Origin: an uncultured delta proteobacterium
Lineage (GTDB): Bacteria > Myxococcota_A > UBA9160 > SMWR01
Reading direction: 5' to 3'
Assembly: GCA_963832165.1 (NCBI GenBank)
Contig: CAWHTE010000004.1
Span: 288,001-352,000, forward strand
Length of the DNA: 64,000 bases
Within the stretch, counting starts at the first letter, position 1, and each line of letters opens with the position of its first letter. Shown here piece after piece: positions 1-8,547 of this stretch. The notes under the pieces are model-generated. The model saw nothing but the letters and a program-made list of their open reading frames with translations, did no database searches and had not been told where the DNA came from. The translations under genes were made by a program, and so were the position numbers.

Positions 1-1
1 C

Positions 2-1132
2 GACGCGCTCGAGCGGCTGCGCGACGCCGACGGACCGGCGCTCCTGCACGTGAAGACGCGCAAGGGTATGGGCTATGCGCCGGCCGAGGCCGATCCCTAC
101 CGCTGGCACGCGACCGTACCGTTCGACCGCGCGCGCGGTGTCCGGCGCGCGAGCGGCGCCGGGCCGCCGAGCTGGACGACGGCATTCGCCGACGCGCTCG
201 CGCGGCTCGCGGATCGCGACCCGCGCGTGGTCGCGCTGACTGCGGCGATGCCCGACGGCACGGGGCTCGATCGCTTTGCGGCGCGGCATCCGGACCGCAT
301 GTACGACGTCGGGATCGCCGAGCAGCACGCGGTGACGTTCGCGGCCGGGCTTGCGAGCGAGGGGCTGCGGCCCGTCTGCGCGATCTACTCGAGCTTCCTG
401 CAGCGCGGCTTCGACCAGATCGTGCACGACGTGGCGCTGCAGGGCCTGCCGGTGACGTTCGCGCTCGATCGCGCAGGCGTGGTCGGCGCCGACGGGCCGA
501 CGCATCACGGCGCGTTCGACCTCGCCTACCTGCGCCTGATCCCGCACCTCGTGGTGGCCGCTCCGCGCGACGAGAACGAGCTGCAGCACCTGCTCGCGAC
601 CGCGGTCGAGAGCGGCGTGCCGTTCGCGCTGCGCTTCCCGCGCGGCGCCGCGACCGGCTGCGCGATCGATCCGGACGCGAAGCCGCTTCCGATCGGCCGC
701 GGCGAGCTGCTGCGCGACGGCAGCGACCTCGCGATCGCGGCGATCGGCAAGACGGTGCCCGCGGCGCTCGCGGCGGCCGATCTGCTCGCGCGCGACGGGA
801 TCTCCGCGGCGGTCGTCGACGCGCGCTTCGTCAAGCCGCTCGACGCGCCGATGTTCTGCGCGCTCGCGCGGCGGCTCGGCCTCGTCGTCACGGCAGAGGA
901 TCACGCGCTCGCGGGCGGCTTCGGCAGCGCTCTGCTCGAGCTGCTCGCGGAGCGCGCGCCCGGGACCCAGGTCGTGCGGCTCGGCCTGCCGGACCGCTTC
1001 CTCGACCACGCGGAGCAGGACGCGCAGTGGAAGGAGGCGGGCATCGACGCGGACGCGATCGCACACGCAGCCGCGCAGGCGCTGCGCGCGTGCGCGCGTC
1101 CCGGAGCGCAGCGACCGGAGGCCGCGGCATGA
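2..1132 (+). CDS. dxs: 1-deoxy-D-xylulose-5-phosphate synthase, 5'-truncated by window edge
   Basis: Motifs LHVKTRKGMGY, DVGIAEQHAVTFAAG, AIYSSFLQRGFDQIVHDV, GADGPTHHG, DARFVKPLD; frame open from position 2. Confidence 0.95.
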   Translation, partial: DALERLRDADGPALLHVKTRKGMGYAPAEADPYRWHATVPFDRARGVRRASGAGPPSWTTAFADALARLADRDPRVVALTAAMPDGTGLDRFAARHPDRMYDVGIAEQHAVTFAAGLASEGLRPVCAIYSSFLQRGFDQIVHDVALQGLPVTFALDRAGVVGADGPTHHGAFDLAYLRLIPHLVVAAPRDENELQHLLATAVESGVPFALRFPRGAATGCAIDPDAKPLPIGRGELLRDGSDLAIAAIGKTVPAALAAADLLARDGISAAVVDARFVKPLDAPMFCALARRLGLVVTAEDHALAGGFGSALLELLAERAPGTQVVRLGLPDRFLDHAEQDAQWKEAGIDADAIAHAAAQALRACARPGAQRPEAAA

Positions 1133-2082
1133 CTTATGGCCTTCGCTCGCCTTCGGCTCGCTGCGCGAAACTTGCCGGCGCGACGCCTTCGCCGGCCGTA
1201 CTCGACGCGTACGCGCACTGCGCAGGGATCGCGCGGCGCAGCGGCTCGAGCTTCCTCGCGGCGTTCTGGATGTTCCCGCGCGCGGAGCGGCGCGCGCTGC
1301 ACGCGATCTACGCGTTCTGCCGGCTCGTCGACGACATCGCCGACGACCCCGCGCTGCGCGGCGACCGCGCGATGCTGCTCGAGCGCTGGCACGAAGAGCT
1401 CGTCGACGCCTACCGGGGCAAGGCGCGCCACCCGGTCGGAATCGCGCTGGGCGACGCGGTGCACCGCTTCCGTCTGCCCGAGGACTGCTTCCTCGATCTG
1501 CTCTCGGGCATCGAGGCCGACCTGCGCGGCGGCGAGATCGAGACGTTCGCGGAGCTCGAGCACTACTGCTACTGCGTCGCGTCGACGATCGGCCTGCTCG
1601 TGTGCGGCGTGCGCGGGCTGCGCGGCGCGCACGTGCGCGACTACGCGGTACACCTCGGCATCGCGGTCCAGCTCACCAACGTGCTGCGCGACGTGGGCGA
1701 GGACGCCGCGGGCGGGCGCGTCTATCTCGCGCGCGAGGATCGCGAGGCGTTCGGCGTCACGACGGAGTCGCTGCGCGCGGGCGTTCACAGCGAGCCGCTC
1801 GCGCGCCTGCTCTCGCTCTACGCCGCGCGTGCGCGCGAGCGCTACCGCCAGGCGCAGCGCGCGCTGCCCGCCGAGCTGCGCCGCCGGCTGCGCCCGGCGC
1901 AGGCGATGGGCGCGATCTACCGCGAGCTGCTCGAGGCGCTCGAGCGGCGCGACTTCCCGTACGACGGCCCCGCGCTGCGCCTCTCGAAGGCGCACCGTAT
2001 CGCGATCGCCGCGCGCGAGTGGGTCGGCATCGGAGCCCACACGAGCCGCGCGCAGCGAAGCGCACCCGAGCGAAGGCCATGA
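1129..2082 (+). CDS. hpnD: Presqualene diphosphate synthase HpnD (squalene/phytoene synthase family)
   Basis: SGSSF, YAFCRLVDDIADD, TNVLRDVGED, GRVYL motifs; ATG overlaps dxs stop (ATGA). Confidence 0.9.
   Translation: MTYGLRSPSARCAKLAGATPSPAVLDAYAHCAGIARRSGSSFLAAFWMFPRAERRALHAIYAFCRLVDDIADDPALRGDRAMLLERWHEELVDAYRGKARHPVGIALGDAVHRFRLPEDCFLDLLSGIEADLRGGEIETFAELEHYCYCVASTIGLLVCGVRGLRGAHVRDYAVHLGIAVQLTNVLRDVGEDAAGGRVYLAREDREAFGVTTESLRAGVHSEPLARLLSLYAARARERYRQAQRALPAELRRRLRPAQAMGAIYRELLEALERRDFPYDGPALRLSKAHRIAIAAREWVGIGAHTSRAQRSAPERRP
1133..1175 (-). repeat. 43-bp junction repeat, copy A
   Basis: Reverse complement GCAAGTTTCGCGCAGCGAGCCGAAGGCGAGCGAAGGCCATAAG matches 3144-3186 at 41/43 positions. 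Confidence 0.9.
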
Positions 2083-2083
2083 G
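2049..2083 (+). repeat. Junction repeat, degenerate copy D
   Basis: CGCGCAGCGA-N8-CGAGCGAAGGCCAT: same flanks and spacing as copy A, central 8 nt replaced; ends in the fni ATG. Confidence 0.65.
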
Positions 2084-3134
2084 CGAAGTCAGCGCGCGCA
2101 AGCAGGCACACCTCGATCTGTGCGCGCACGGCGACGTCGAGGCGCGCGGCACGACACTGCTCGAGGAGGTGCACCTGCTGCACCAGGCGCTGCCCGAGCT
2201 GTCGGCCGCCGACGTCGACCCGTCGATCTGGCTGTTCGGGCGGCGGCTCGCCGCGCCCGTGTACATCTCGGGCATGACCGGTGGCACAGAACGCGCCGGC
2301 GCGATCAACCGCGCGCTCGCGGCCGCGGCCCAGAAGGCCGGCTTCGGCTTCGGGCTCGGCTCGCAGCGCGCGATGTGGACCGACCCCGAGCTCGCCGCGA
2401 GCTATCGCGTGCGCGACGAAGCGCCCGACGTCGTGCTGCTCGGCAACGTCGGCGTCGTGCAGGCGCGCGGGTACGGGGCGGCCGCCGTGGCGGAGCTGGT
2501 CGAGGCGGTCGGCGCCGACGCGCTCTGCGTGCACCTGAATGCCGCCCAGGAGCTCGCGCAGGACGAGGGCGACCGCGATTTCCGCGGCGGCGTCGAGACG
2601 ATCGCCACGCTGGTCGAATCGCTGCACGTGCCCGTGATCGCGAAGGAGACCGGCTGCGGCCTGTCGCCCGCCGCGCTCGCACGGCTGCGCGAGGCGGGCG
2701 TCGAGTGGGTGGACGCGTCGGGCGCGGGCGGCACGACCTGGCCGGGCGTGGAGGCGCTGCGCGGATCGGCGCGCCAGCGCGCGCTCGGTTCGCTGCTGCG
2801 CGAGTGGGGCATTCCGACGGCCGCGAGCATCGCGTATGCGCACCGCGCAGGACTCTCGACGCTGGCCTCGGGCGGGATCCGGAGCGCACTCGACGTCGTG
2901 CGCGCGCTCGCGCTGGGGGCGCGCGCAGCGGGGATGGCGCTGCCGTTCCTGCGCGCGTACGAGCGCGGCGGGGCGAACGCGGTCGCGGCGCTGTGCGAAG
3001 AGCTCAGCGAGGGAGTGCGTGCGTTGCTGTTGCTCTCGGGCGCGTCTCGCCCGGAGCAGCTCGCGCTTGCGCCCCGCGCGCTCGGGCCGCGGCTTCGCGC
3101 CTGGCTCGATGTTGCCGATGGCGCGCAGGGCTGA
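2079..3134 (+). CDS. fni: Type 2 (FMN-dependent) isopentenyl-diphosphate delta-isomerase
   Basis: RKQAHLDLC, ISGMTGG, GLGSQR, HLNAAQELAQDEGD, KETGCG, GAGGTTW, WGIPTA, ASGGIR; ATG overlaps hpnD stop. Confidence 0.93.
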   Translation: MSEVSARKQAHLDLCAHGDVEARGTTLLEEVHLLHQALPELSAADVDPSIWLFGRRLAAPVYISGMTGGTERAGAINRALAAAAQKAGFGFGLGSQRAMWTDPELAASYRVRDEAPDVVLLGNVGVVQARGYGAAAVAELVEAVGADALCVHLNAAQELAQDEGDRDFRGGVETIATLVESLHVPVIAKETGCGLSPAALARLREAGVEWVDASGAGGTTWPGVEALRGSARQRALGSLLREWGIPTAASIAYAHRAGLSTLASGGIRSALDVVRALALGARAAGMALPFLRAYERGGANAVAALCEELSEGVRALLLLSGASRPEQLALAPRALGPRLRAWLDVADGAQG

Positions 3135-3135
3135 G

Positions 3136-3810
3136 ATGCTCGTGCAAGTTTCGCGCAGCGAGCCGAAGGCGAGCGGAGTCCATAAGGGGGGAGGCACGTC
3201 GACTGATCCGCCGGACCCTGTGCCCGCGCGCGGGCGCAAGGAGGAGACGCAGGAGCGGATCGTCGCCGCTGCGCTCGCGCTGTTCGCCACTCGCGGGTAC
3301 GAGGGCACGAGCATCTCCGCGATCGCGGCCCACGCGCGCGTCTCGCGCGCTGCCGTGTTCTGGCACTTCGGCGACAAGGAGGGTCTGTTCCGCGAGACCT
3401 TCCGGCGCATGCTCGTGCCGTTCTTCGCCGAGCTCCAGGCCAGCCTCGAGCACATCCCGCCGCGCGAGCGCGTGTTCGAGATCCTCTCCGCCTACGAGCG
3501 CGTGGTGGAGGAGAACGAGGAAGCGATCCGCTCGATCGTGCGCTGGCTGCTCGAGAGCGAGAAGCTGCGCGCGTCTTTGCGCGAGACGCTGTTCGCGCTC
3601 CACGACGCGCTCGTGAAGGACATCGGCGAGACGCTGGCGGCCGCGGGCGGCGGCACCGATGCGAGCGAGCAGCTCGGTGCTGCGCTCGTGGCGATGCTCG
3701 ACGGAAACCTCCTGCTCGCGCTGCTCGATCCGAATGCGCGCAACCGCGAGCTGCGGCGCGCCGGGCTCCGGCGCCTCGTGGAGCTCGCGATCGGAGCCGA
3801 CCGTGAGTGA
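3136..3810 (+). CDS. TetR/AcrR family transcriptional regulator
   Basis: HTH signature ERIVAAALALFATRGYEGTSISAIAAHARVSRAAVFWHFGDKEGL; start codon uncertain. Confidence 0.88.
   Translation: MLVQVSRSEPKASGVHKGGGTSTDPPDPVPARGRKEETQERIVAAALALFATRGYEGTSISAIAAHARVSRAAVFWHFGDKEGLFRETFRRMLVPFFAELQASLEHIPPRERVFEILSAYERVVEENEEAIRSIVRWLLESEKLRASLRETLFALHDALVKDIGETLAAAGGGTDASEQLGAALVAMLDGNLLLALLDPNARNRELRRAGLRRLVELAIGADRE
3144..3186 (+). repeat. 43-bp junction repeat, copy B
   Basis: GCAAGTTTCGCGCAGCGAGCCGAAGGCGAGCGGAGTCCATAAG, inverted relative to copy A. Confidence 0.9.
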
Positions 3811-4699
3811 GCGCGCGCTCGCGCTCGCAGGCGTGCCGGTTGGGAGCGATCGGCTCGCCGCGCGGGAGCTCTCGCCCGACGCGGTGCTGAGTCGGCTCCG
3901 CGGCGAGAACTTTCCCGTGGCGCTCCGCTGGCTGCCGCGCGCGCTGCGCGCCGACCTGATCGCGATCTACGGGGCGGCTCGTCTGATCGACGAGGCCGGC
4001 GACGCCGCGGGCGGCGATCGCAACGCGCTGCTCGACGAGGTCGAGAGGGACGTGCTTGCGGCGTTCGCGGGTGGGGCGCGTCATCCCCTGCTGCGCCGGC
4101 TCACGCCGCTCGCGGCCGCGCACGACCTCACTCCCGATCCGTTCCTGCGGCTGATCGCGGCGAACCGCTTCGATCAGCGGGCGCCCGACCTCGCGAGCTG
4201 GAGTGAGCTGTGCGACTACTGCCGACTCTCGGCAGAGCCGGTCGGTGAGCTCGTGCTGCGCATCTTCGACCAGGCGAGCGAGGAGAACCTGCGCGATTCG
4301 GGCGCCGTCTGCACCGCGCTGCAGGTGCTCGAGCACTGCCAGGACGTGGCCGAAGATGCGCGCGCAGGGCGCTGCTATCTGCCGCGCGACGACCGCGGGC
4401 GCTTCGGCTGCCGCGCGGAGGACCTGGTCGCGGAGCCCGCGCCCGAGCAGCTGCGGCGTTGCGTTGCGGTACAGGTCGAGCGCGCGCGCGATCTGCTCGC
4501 GTACGGCGATCTCCTGTGCGCGCGTCTGCGCGGATTCGCGCGCCCGGTCGTGGCCGCCTACGCCGCAGGAGGCTGGGCCACCGCCGCCGCGCTCGAGCGC
4601 GCGGAGTTCGATCCGAACCAGCGGCCGGTGCGGCCGCGCCGGATCGCCACGGTCAGCCACGCACTGCGAATCATGTGGGGGCGCGGAGGTCGCGCGTGA
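3803..4699 (+). CDS. hpnC: Hydroxysqualene synthase HpnC
   Basis: ENFPVA motif, IYGAARLIDEAGD, YCRLSAEPVGELVL, CTALQVLEHCQDVAED; GTG overlaps TetR end. Confidence 0.9.
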   Translation: MSERALALAGVPVGSDRLAARELSPDAVLSRLRGENFPVALRWLPRALRADLIAIYGAARLIDEAGDAAGGDRNALLDEVERDVLAAFAGGARHPLLRRLTPLAAAHDLTPDPFLRLIAANRFDQRAPDLASWSELCDYCRLSAEPVGELVLRIFDQASEENLRDSGAVCTALQVLEHCQDVAEDARAGRCYLPRDDRGRFGCRAEDLVAEPAPEQLRRCVAVQVERARDLLAYGDLLCARLRGFARPVVAAYAAGGWATAAALERAEFDPNQRPVRPRRIATVSHALRIMWGRGGRA

Positions 4700-6045
4700 G
4701 CACCGCACCGCACATCGCGGTGGTGGGCGGCGGGCTCGCGGGGATCACCGCAGCGCTCGCGTGCGCCGACGTGGGTGCGCGCGTGAGCCTGTTCGAGGCG
4801 CGCGCGTGCCTGGGTGGCGCAACGTACTCGATCGAGAAGCGCGGGCTCTCCATCGACAACGGCCAGCACGTGTTCATGCGCTGCTGCACGGCCTACCGCG
4901 GGCTGCTCGCACGCCTGAGCGTCGAGCGGCTCGCGCCGCTCCAGCCGCGCCTCGCGGTGCCGGTGGCGGCACCGGGGCGTCCGCTCGCGTGGATCCGGCG
5001 CCACCCGCTGCCCGCGCCGGCGCACCTCGCGCCGAGCCTGCTCGGCTTTCCCCACCTTCCGTTCGCGGCGCGGCTGCGCGCCGCGAACGTGGCGCGAACG
5101 TTCGCAGCGCTCGATCCCGACGATGCGCGCCTCGACGAGATCTCGCTCGGCTCCTGGCTCGGCGAGCGCGGCGTTCGTGACGAGGCATCGCTCGCGTTCT
5201 GGGATCTGCTGATCCGGCCCACGCTCAACGTGCGGGCTGCGGACGCGTCGCTCGCGCTCGTCGCGCGCGTGCTGCGCACGGGCTTCCTCGACCGCGCCGA
5301 CGCCGCGGACATCGGGCTGCCCGCAGTGCCGTTCTCCGTTCTGCACGACGGTCCCGCGCGGCGTGCGCTGCGCGCGAGGGGCGCCGCGGTGGAGCTGCGC
5401 GCCGCGGTGCGCGGGCTGGCTGCCGATACGCGGGGCGTGTCGCTGCAGGTCGGCGGGGAGTCGCTGCGCGCCGACGCCGTGATCCTCGCGGTGCCGCCCG
5501 ACGCGGCTGCGCGCCTCGCGCCCGCCGAGGCGGGGCTCGACGCGGTGGCGCTCGAGCGGCTCGGCGCATCGCCGATCGTGAACCTGCACGTGTGGTTCGA
5601 CCGGCCCGTGATGGACCGCCCGTTCGTGGCGGGCTGGGGCACGCCGCTTCAGTGGATCTTCGACCGCACGCGCGCGGCGGGCGCCGAACGCGGTCAGCTG
5701 CTCACGGTGTCGTTGTCGGCCGCGCGCGAGTGGATCGGGTGCAGCCGCGCCGAGCTGCGCGCGCACTTCCTGCCCGCGTTCTGCGCACTGTTTCCGGCCG
5801 CGCGCGACGCCGAGGTGCTCGACTTCTTCGCGCTCTCGGATCCCGCCGCGACCTTCCTCCAGGTGCCCGGCACGCGCCGGCTGCGGCCCGCCGTCGCGAC
5901 ACGACATACTTCGGTGTACCTCGCGGGCGCCTGGACCGACACGGGATGGCCGGCCACGATGGAAGGCGCGGTGCGCAGTGGCACCGCGGCCGCACATGCC
6001 GCGCTGCGCGCGCTCGCGCGCGTACCGCACGCGGAGGCTGCATGA
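4696..6045 (+). CDS. hpnE: Hydroxysqualene dehydroxylase HpnE (FAD-dependent)
   Basis: VVGGGLAG Rossmann motif, IDNGQHVFMRCC, LAGAWTDTGWPATMEGAVRSG. Confidence 0.93.
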   Translation: MSTAPHIAVVGGGLAGITAALACADVGARVSLFEARACLGGATYSIEKRGLSIDNGQHVFMRCCTAYRGLLARLSVERLAPLQPRLAVPVAAPGRPLAWIRRHPLPAPAHLAPSLLGFPHLPFAARLRAANVARTFAALDPDDARLDEISLGSWLGERGVRDEASLAFWDLLIRPTLNVRAADASLALVARVLRTGFLDRADAADIGLPAVPFSVLHDGPARRALRARGAAVELRAAVRGLAADTRGVSLQVGGESLRADAVILAVPPDAAARLAPAEAGLDAVALERLGASPIVNLHVWFDRPVMDRPFVAGWGTPLQWIFDRTRAAGAERGQLLTVSLSAAREWIGCSRAELRAHFLPAFCALFPAARDAEVLDFFALSDPAATFLQVPGTRRLRPAVATRHTSVYLAGAWTDTGWPATMEGAVRSGTAAAHAALRALARVPHAEAA

Positions 6046-7954
6046 GACGCGAACCCGAGACGGCGTGGGGCAGCGCGGCGCGCGGCGCCGGCGCACGCAG
6101 CGCCGCAAGCGAGGCGCTCGACCGCGCGGTCGCGCACCTGCTCGAGCTCCAGAACGCCGAGGGCTGGTGGAAGGGCGAGCTCGAGACGAACGTGACGATG
6201 GACGCCGAGGACCTGCTCATGCGCGAGTTCCTCGGGATCCGCACGCGCGAGGAGACGGCGCTCGCGGCGAACTGGATCCGCAGCAAGCAGCGCGAGGACG
6301 GGAGCTGGGCGACCTACTACGGCGGACCGGCCGATCTCTCGACGACGATCGAAGCCTACGCGGCGCTGCGGCTCGCGGGCGACCCGCCCGAGGCCGAGCA
6401 TATGAAGCGCGCGCGCGAGGTGGTTCTGGGCCTGGGCGGGATCGAGCACTCCCGCGTGTTCACGCGGATCTGGCTCGCGCTGTTCGGCGAATGGAGCTGG
6501 GACGACCTGCCCGCGCTGCCGCCCGAGGTGATGCTTCTGCCCTCGTGGTTCCCGCTCAACGTGTACGACTTCGCGTGCTGGGCGCGCCAGACGATCGTGC
6601 CGCTCACGATCGTGGGCTCGCACCGGCCCGTGCGTCCGCTGCCGTTCTCGCTCTCCGAGCTGCGCATGGGCGAGCGGCGCGAGACCGTCCACCCTCTTTC
6701 GACCTGGAAGGGCCGGCTGCAGCGCCTCGATCGCGCACTCCAGTGGTACGAGCGGCGCCCGATCCGGAAGCTGCGCGAGCTGTCCCGCCGGCTCGCGTGC
6801 GAGTGGATCCTCCAGAGGCAGGAAGCCGACGGCTCGTGGGGGGGATCCAGCCGCCCTGGGTGTACTCGGTGCTCGCGCTGCACCTCGAGGGCTATCCGCT
6901 CGACCATCCCGCGCTTGCGCGCGCGCTGCACGGCTTCCGGCGCTTCACGATCGAGCAGGGCGACGGTCGCCGGCTCGAGGCATGTCAGTCGCCGGTCTGG
7001 GACACCGCGCTCGCGATGATCGCGCTGCGCGACGCGGGCACACCGCCCGATCACCCGGCGCTGGTCCGGGCGGCGCAGTGGACGCTGCGCGAAGAAGTGC
7101 GCATCCCGGGTGACTGGTGCGTGCGGCGCCCGGCGCTCGAGCCCTCCGGATGGGCGTTCGAGTTCGACAACGACCGCTATCCCGACGTCGACGACACCGC
7201 CGAGGTGATCCTCGCGCTGCGAGCGGCGCGCTCGGGCGACGACGCCGCGCAGGACGCCTCGCTCGCGCGCGCGATCGCGTGGACCTGGGGCATGCAGTCC
7301 TCCGATGGAGGCTTCGCCGCGTTCGACGCCGACAACACGCGCGAACTCTGCCGCCAGCTCCCGTTCTGCGATTTCGGCGAGGTGATCGACCCGCCGTCGG
7401 CCGACGTCACTGCGCACGTCGTCGAGATGCTCGCACTCGAGGGGCACGCGGACCACGCGCGCGTGCAGAGTGCGGTCGACTGGCTGCTGCGCGCGCAGGA
7501 GCCGGGCGGGTCGTGGTTCGGGCGCTGGGGCGCGAACCACATCTACGGGACGGGCGCGGTCGTGCCCGCGCTGATCGCGGCGGGTCTGCCCGCTGATCAT
7601 CTCGCGATCCGGCGCGCCGTGCGCTGGCTCCATTCGGTGCAGAACGCCGACGGGGGATTCGGCGAGGACCTGCGTTCGTACACGCCGGAGGGCGCGCCCG
7701 GGCTCGGCGACTCGACCGCATCGCAGACCGCGTGGGCGCTGCTCGCGCTGCTCGCGGCCGGCGAGCGCGGGCGCTCGGTCGAACGAGCGGTGGAGTGGCT
7801 CTCGAGCACACAGCGCGCCGACGGCGACTGGGACGAGCCGCAGTTCACGGGCACCGGCTTCCCGGGCGACTTCTACATCCGCTATCACCTGTATCGGCTC
7901 GTATTCCCGATCCAGGCGCTAGGGCGCTATCTGTCCCTAGAGGTCGGTGAATGA
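6042..7954 (+). CDS. shc: Squalene-hopene cyclase, split by a one-base deletion at the G7 run 6838-6844
   Basis: QW repeats (QNAEGWW, QREDGSW, QEADGSW, QSSDGGF, QEPGGSW, QNADGGF, QRADGDW), catalytic DVDDTA, GTGFPGDFY; N-half in ORF 5592-7019, C-half in ORF 5978-7954. Confidence 0.93.
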
Positions 7955-8538
7955 CGAATGCGGCATCGCTCGTGGTGTTCGCGCCGCTCGCGGTCGAGGC
8001 GATCGCGCTGCGCGCGGGGGCGCGCGAGCTGCGGATCGAGCGCACGGGCATGGGGCCGCGCCGCGCGCGTGCGGCGGCGAAGCGCCACGATCCGACCTGC
8101 GCGAGCGCACTCGCGGTCGCGGGCGTGTGCGGCGCGCTCGATCCCGAGCTCGCACCCGGCAGCGTGTTCGTGCCCGCGGAGCTGCGCACCGGCGACGGTC
8201 GTACGTTCGCGGCCGATGCGGAGGGTCTTGCCGAGGCGCTTCTCGCGCGCGGCATTCCCGTGTACTCCGGCGTCCTGGTCGGCGCCGATCACATCCTGCG
8301 CGCCGAGGAGCGACCCGCGCTGCTCGCGAGCGGTGCGCGCTGCGTCGACATGGAGTCGCCGTGGCTCGCTGTCGCGGCGGCTGGGCGGCCGTTCGCGGTG
8401 CTGCGCGTGGTGTCGGATGGACCCGGCGCAGAGCTGTGGAGCCCGAACGTCCTGCGCAACGGCTGGCTCGCGCTCGCGGCGCTGCGCCGCGCCGCGCCCG
8501 CGCTCGTCGACTGGGCGCGCTCCAGAAATCTGAATTGA
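7951..8538 (+). CDS. hpnG: Hopanoid-associated phosphorylase/nucleosidase HpnG
   Basis: PNP/MTAN-like TGMGP, AGVCGALDPEL, VDMES, LRVVSD; position between shc and hpnH. Confidence 0.82.
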   Translation: MTNAASLVVFAPLAVEAIALRAGARELRIERTGMGPRRARAAAKRHDPTCASALAVAGVCGALDPELAPGSVFVPAELRTGDGRTFAADAEGLAEALLARGIPVYSGVLVGADHILRAEERPALLASGARCVDMESPWLAVAAAGRPFAVLRVVSDGPGAELWSPNVLRNGWLALAALRRAAPALVDWARSRNLN

Positions 8539-8547
8539 GGTGACGTG

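Noticed and set aside
6042..7954. shc, tadE and corA as true pseudogenes
   Set aside because: Single indels with otherwise intact motifs; assembly error is more parsimonious
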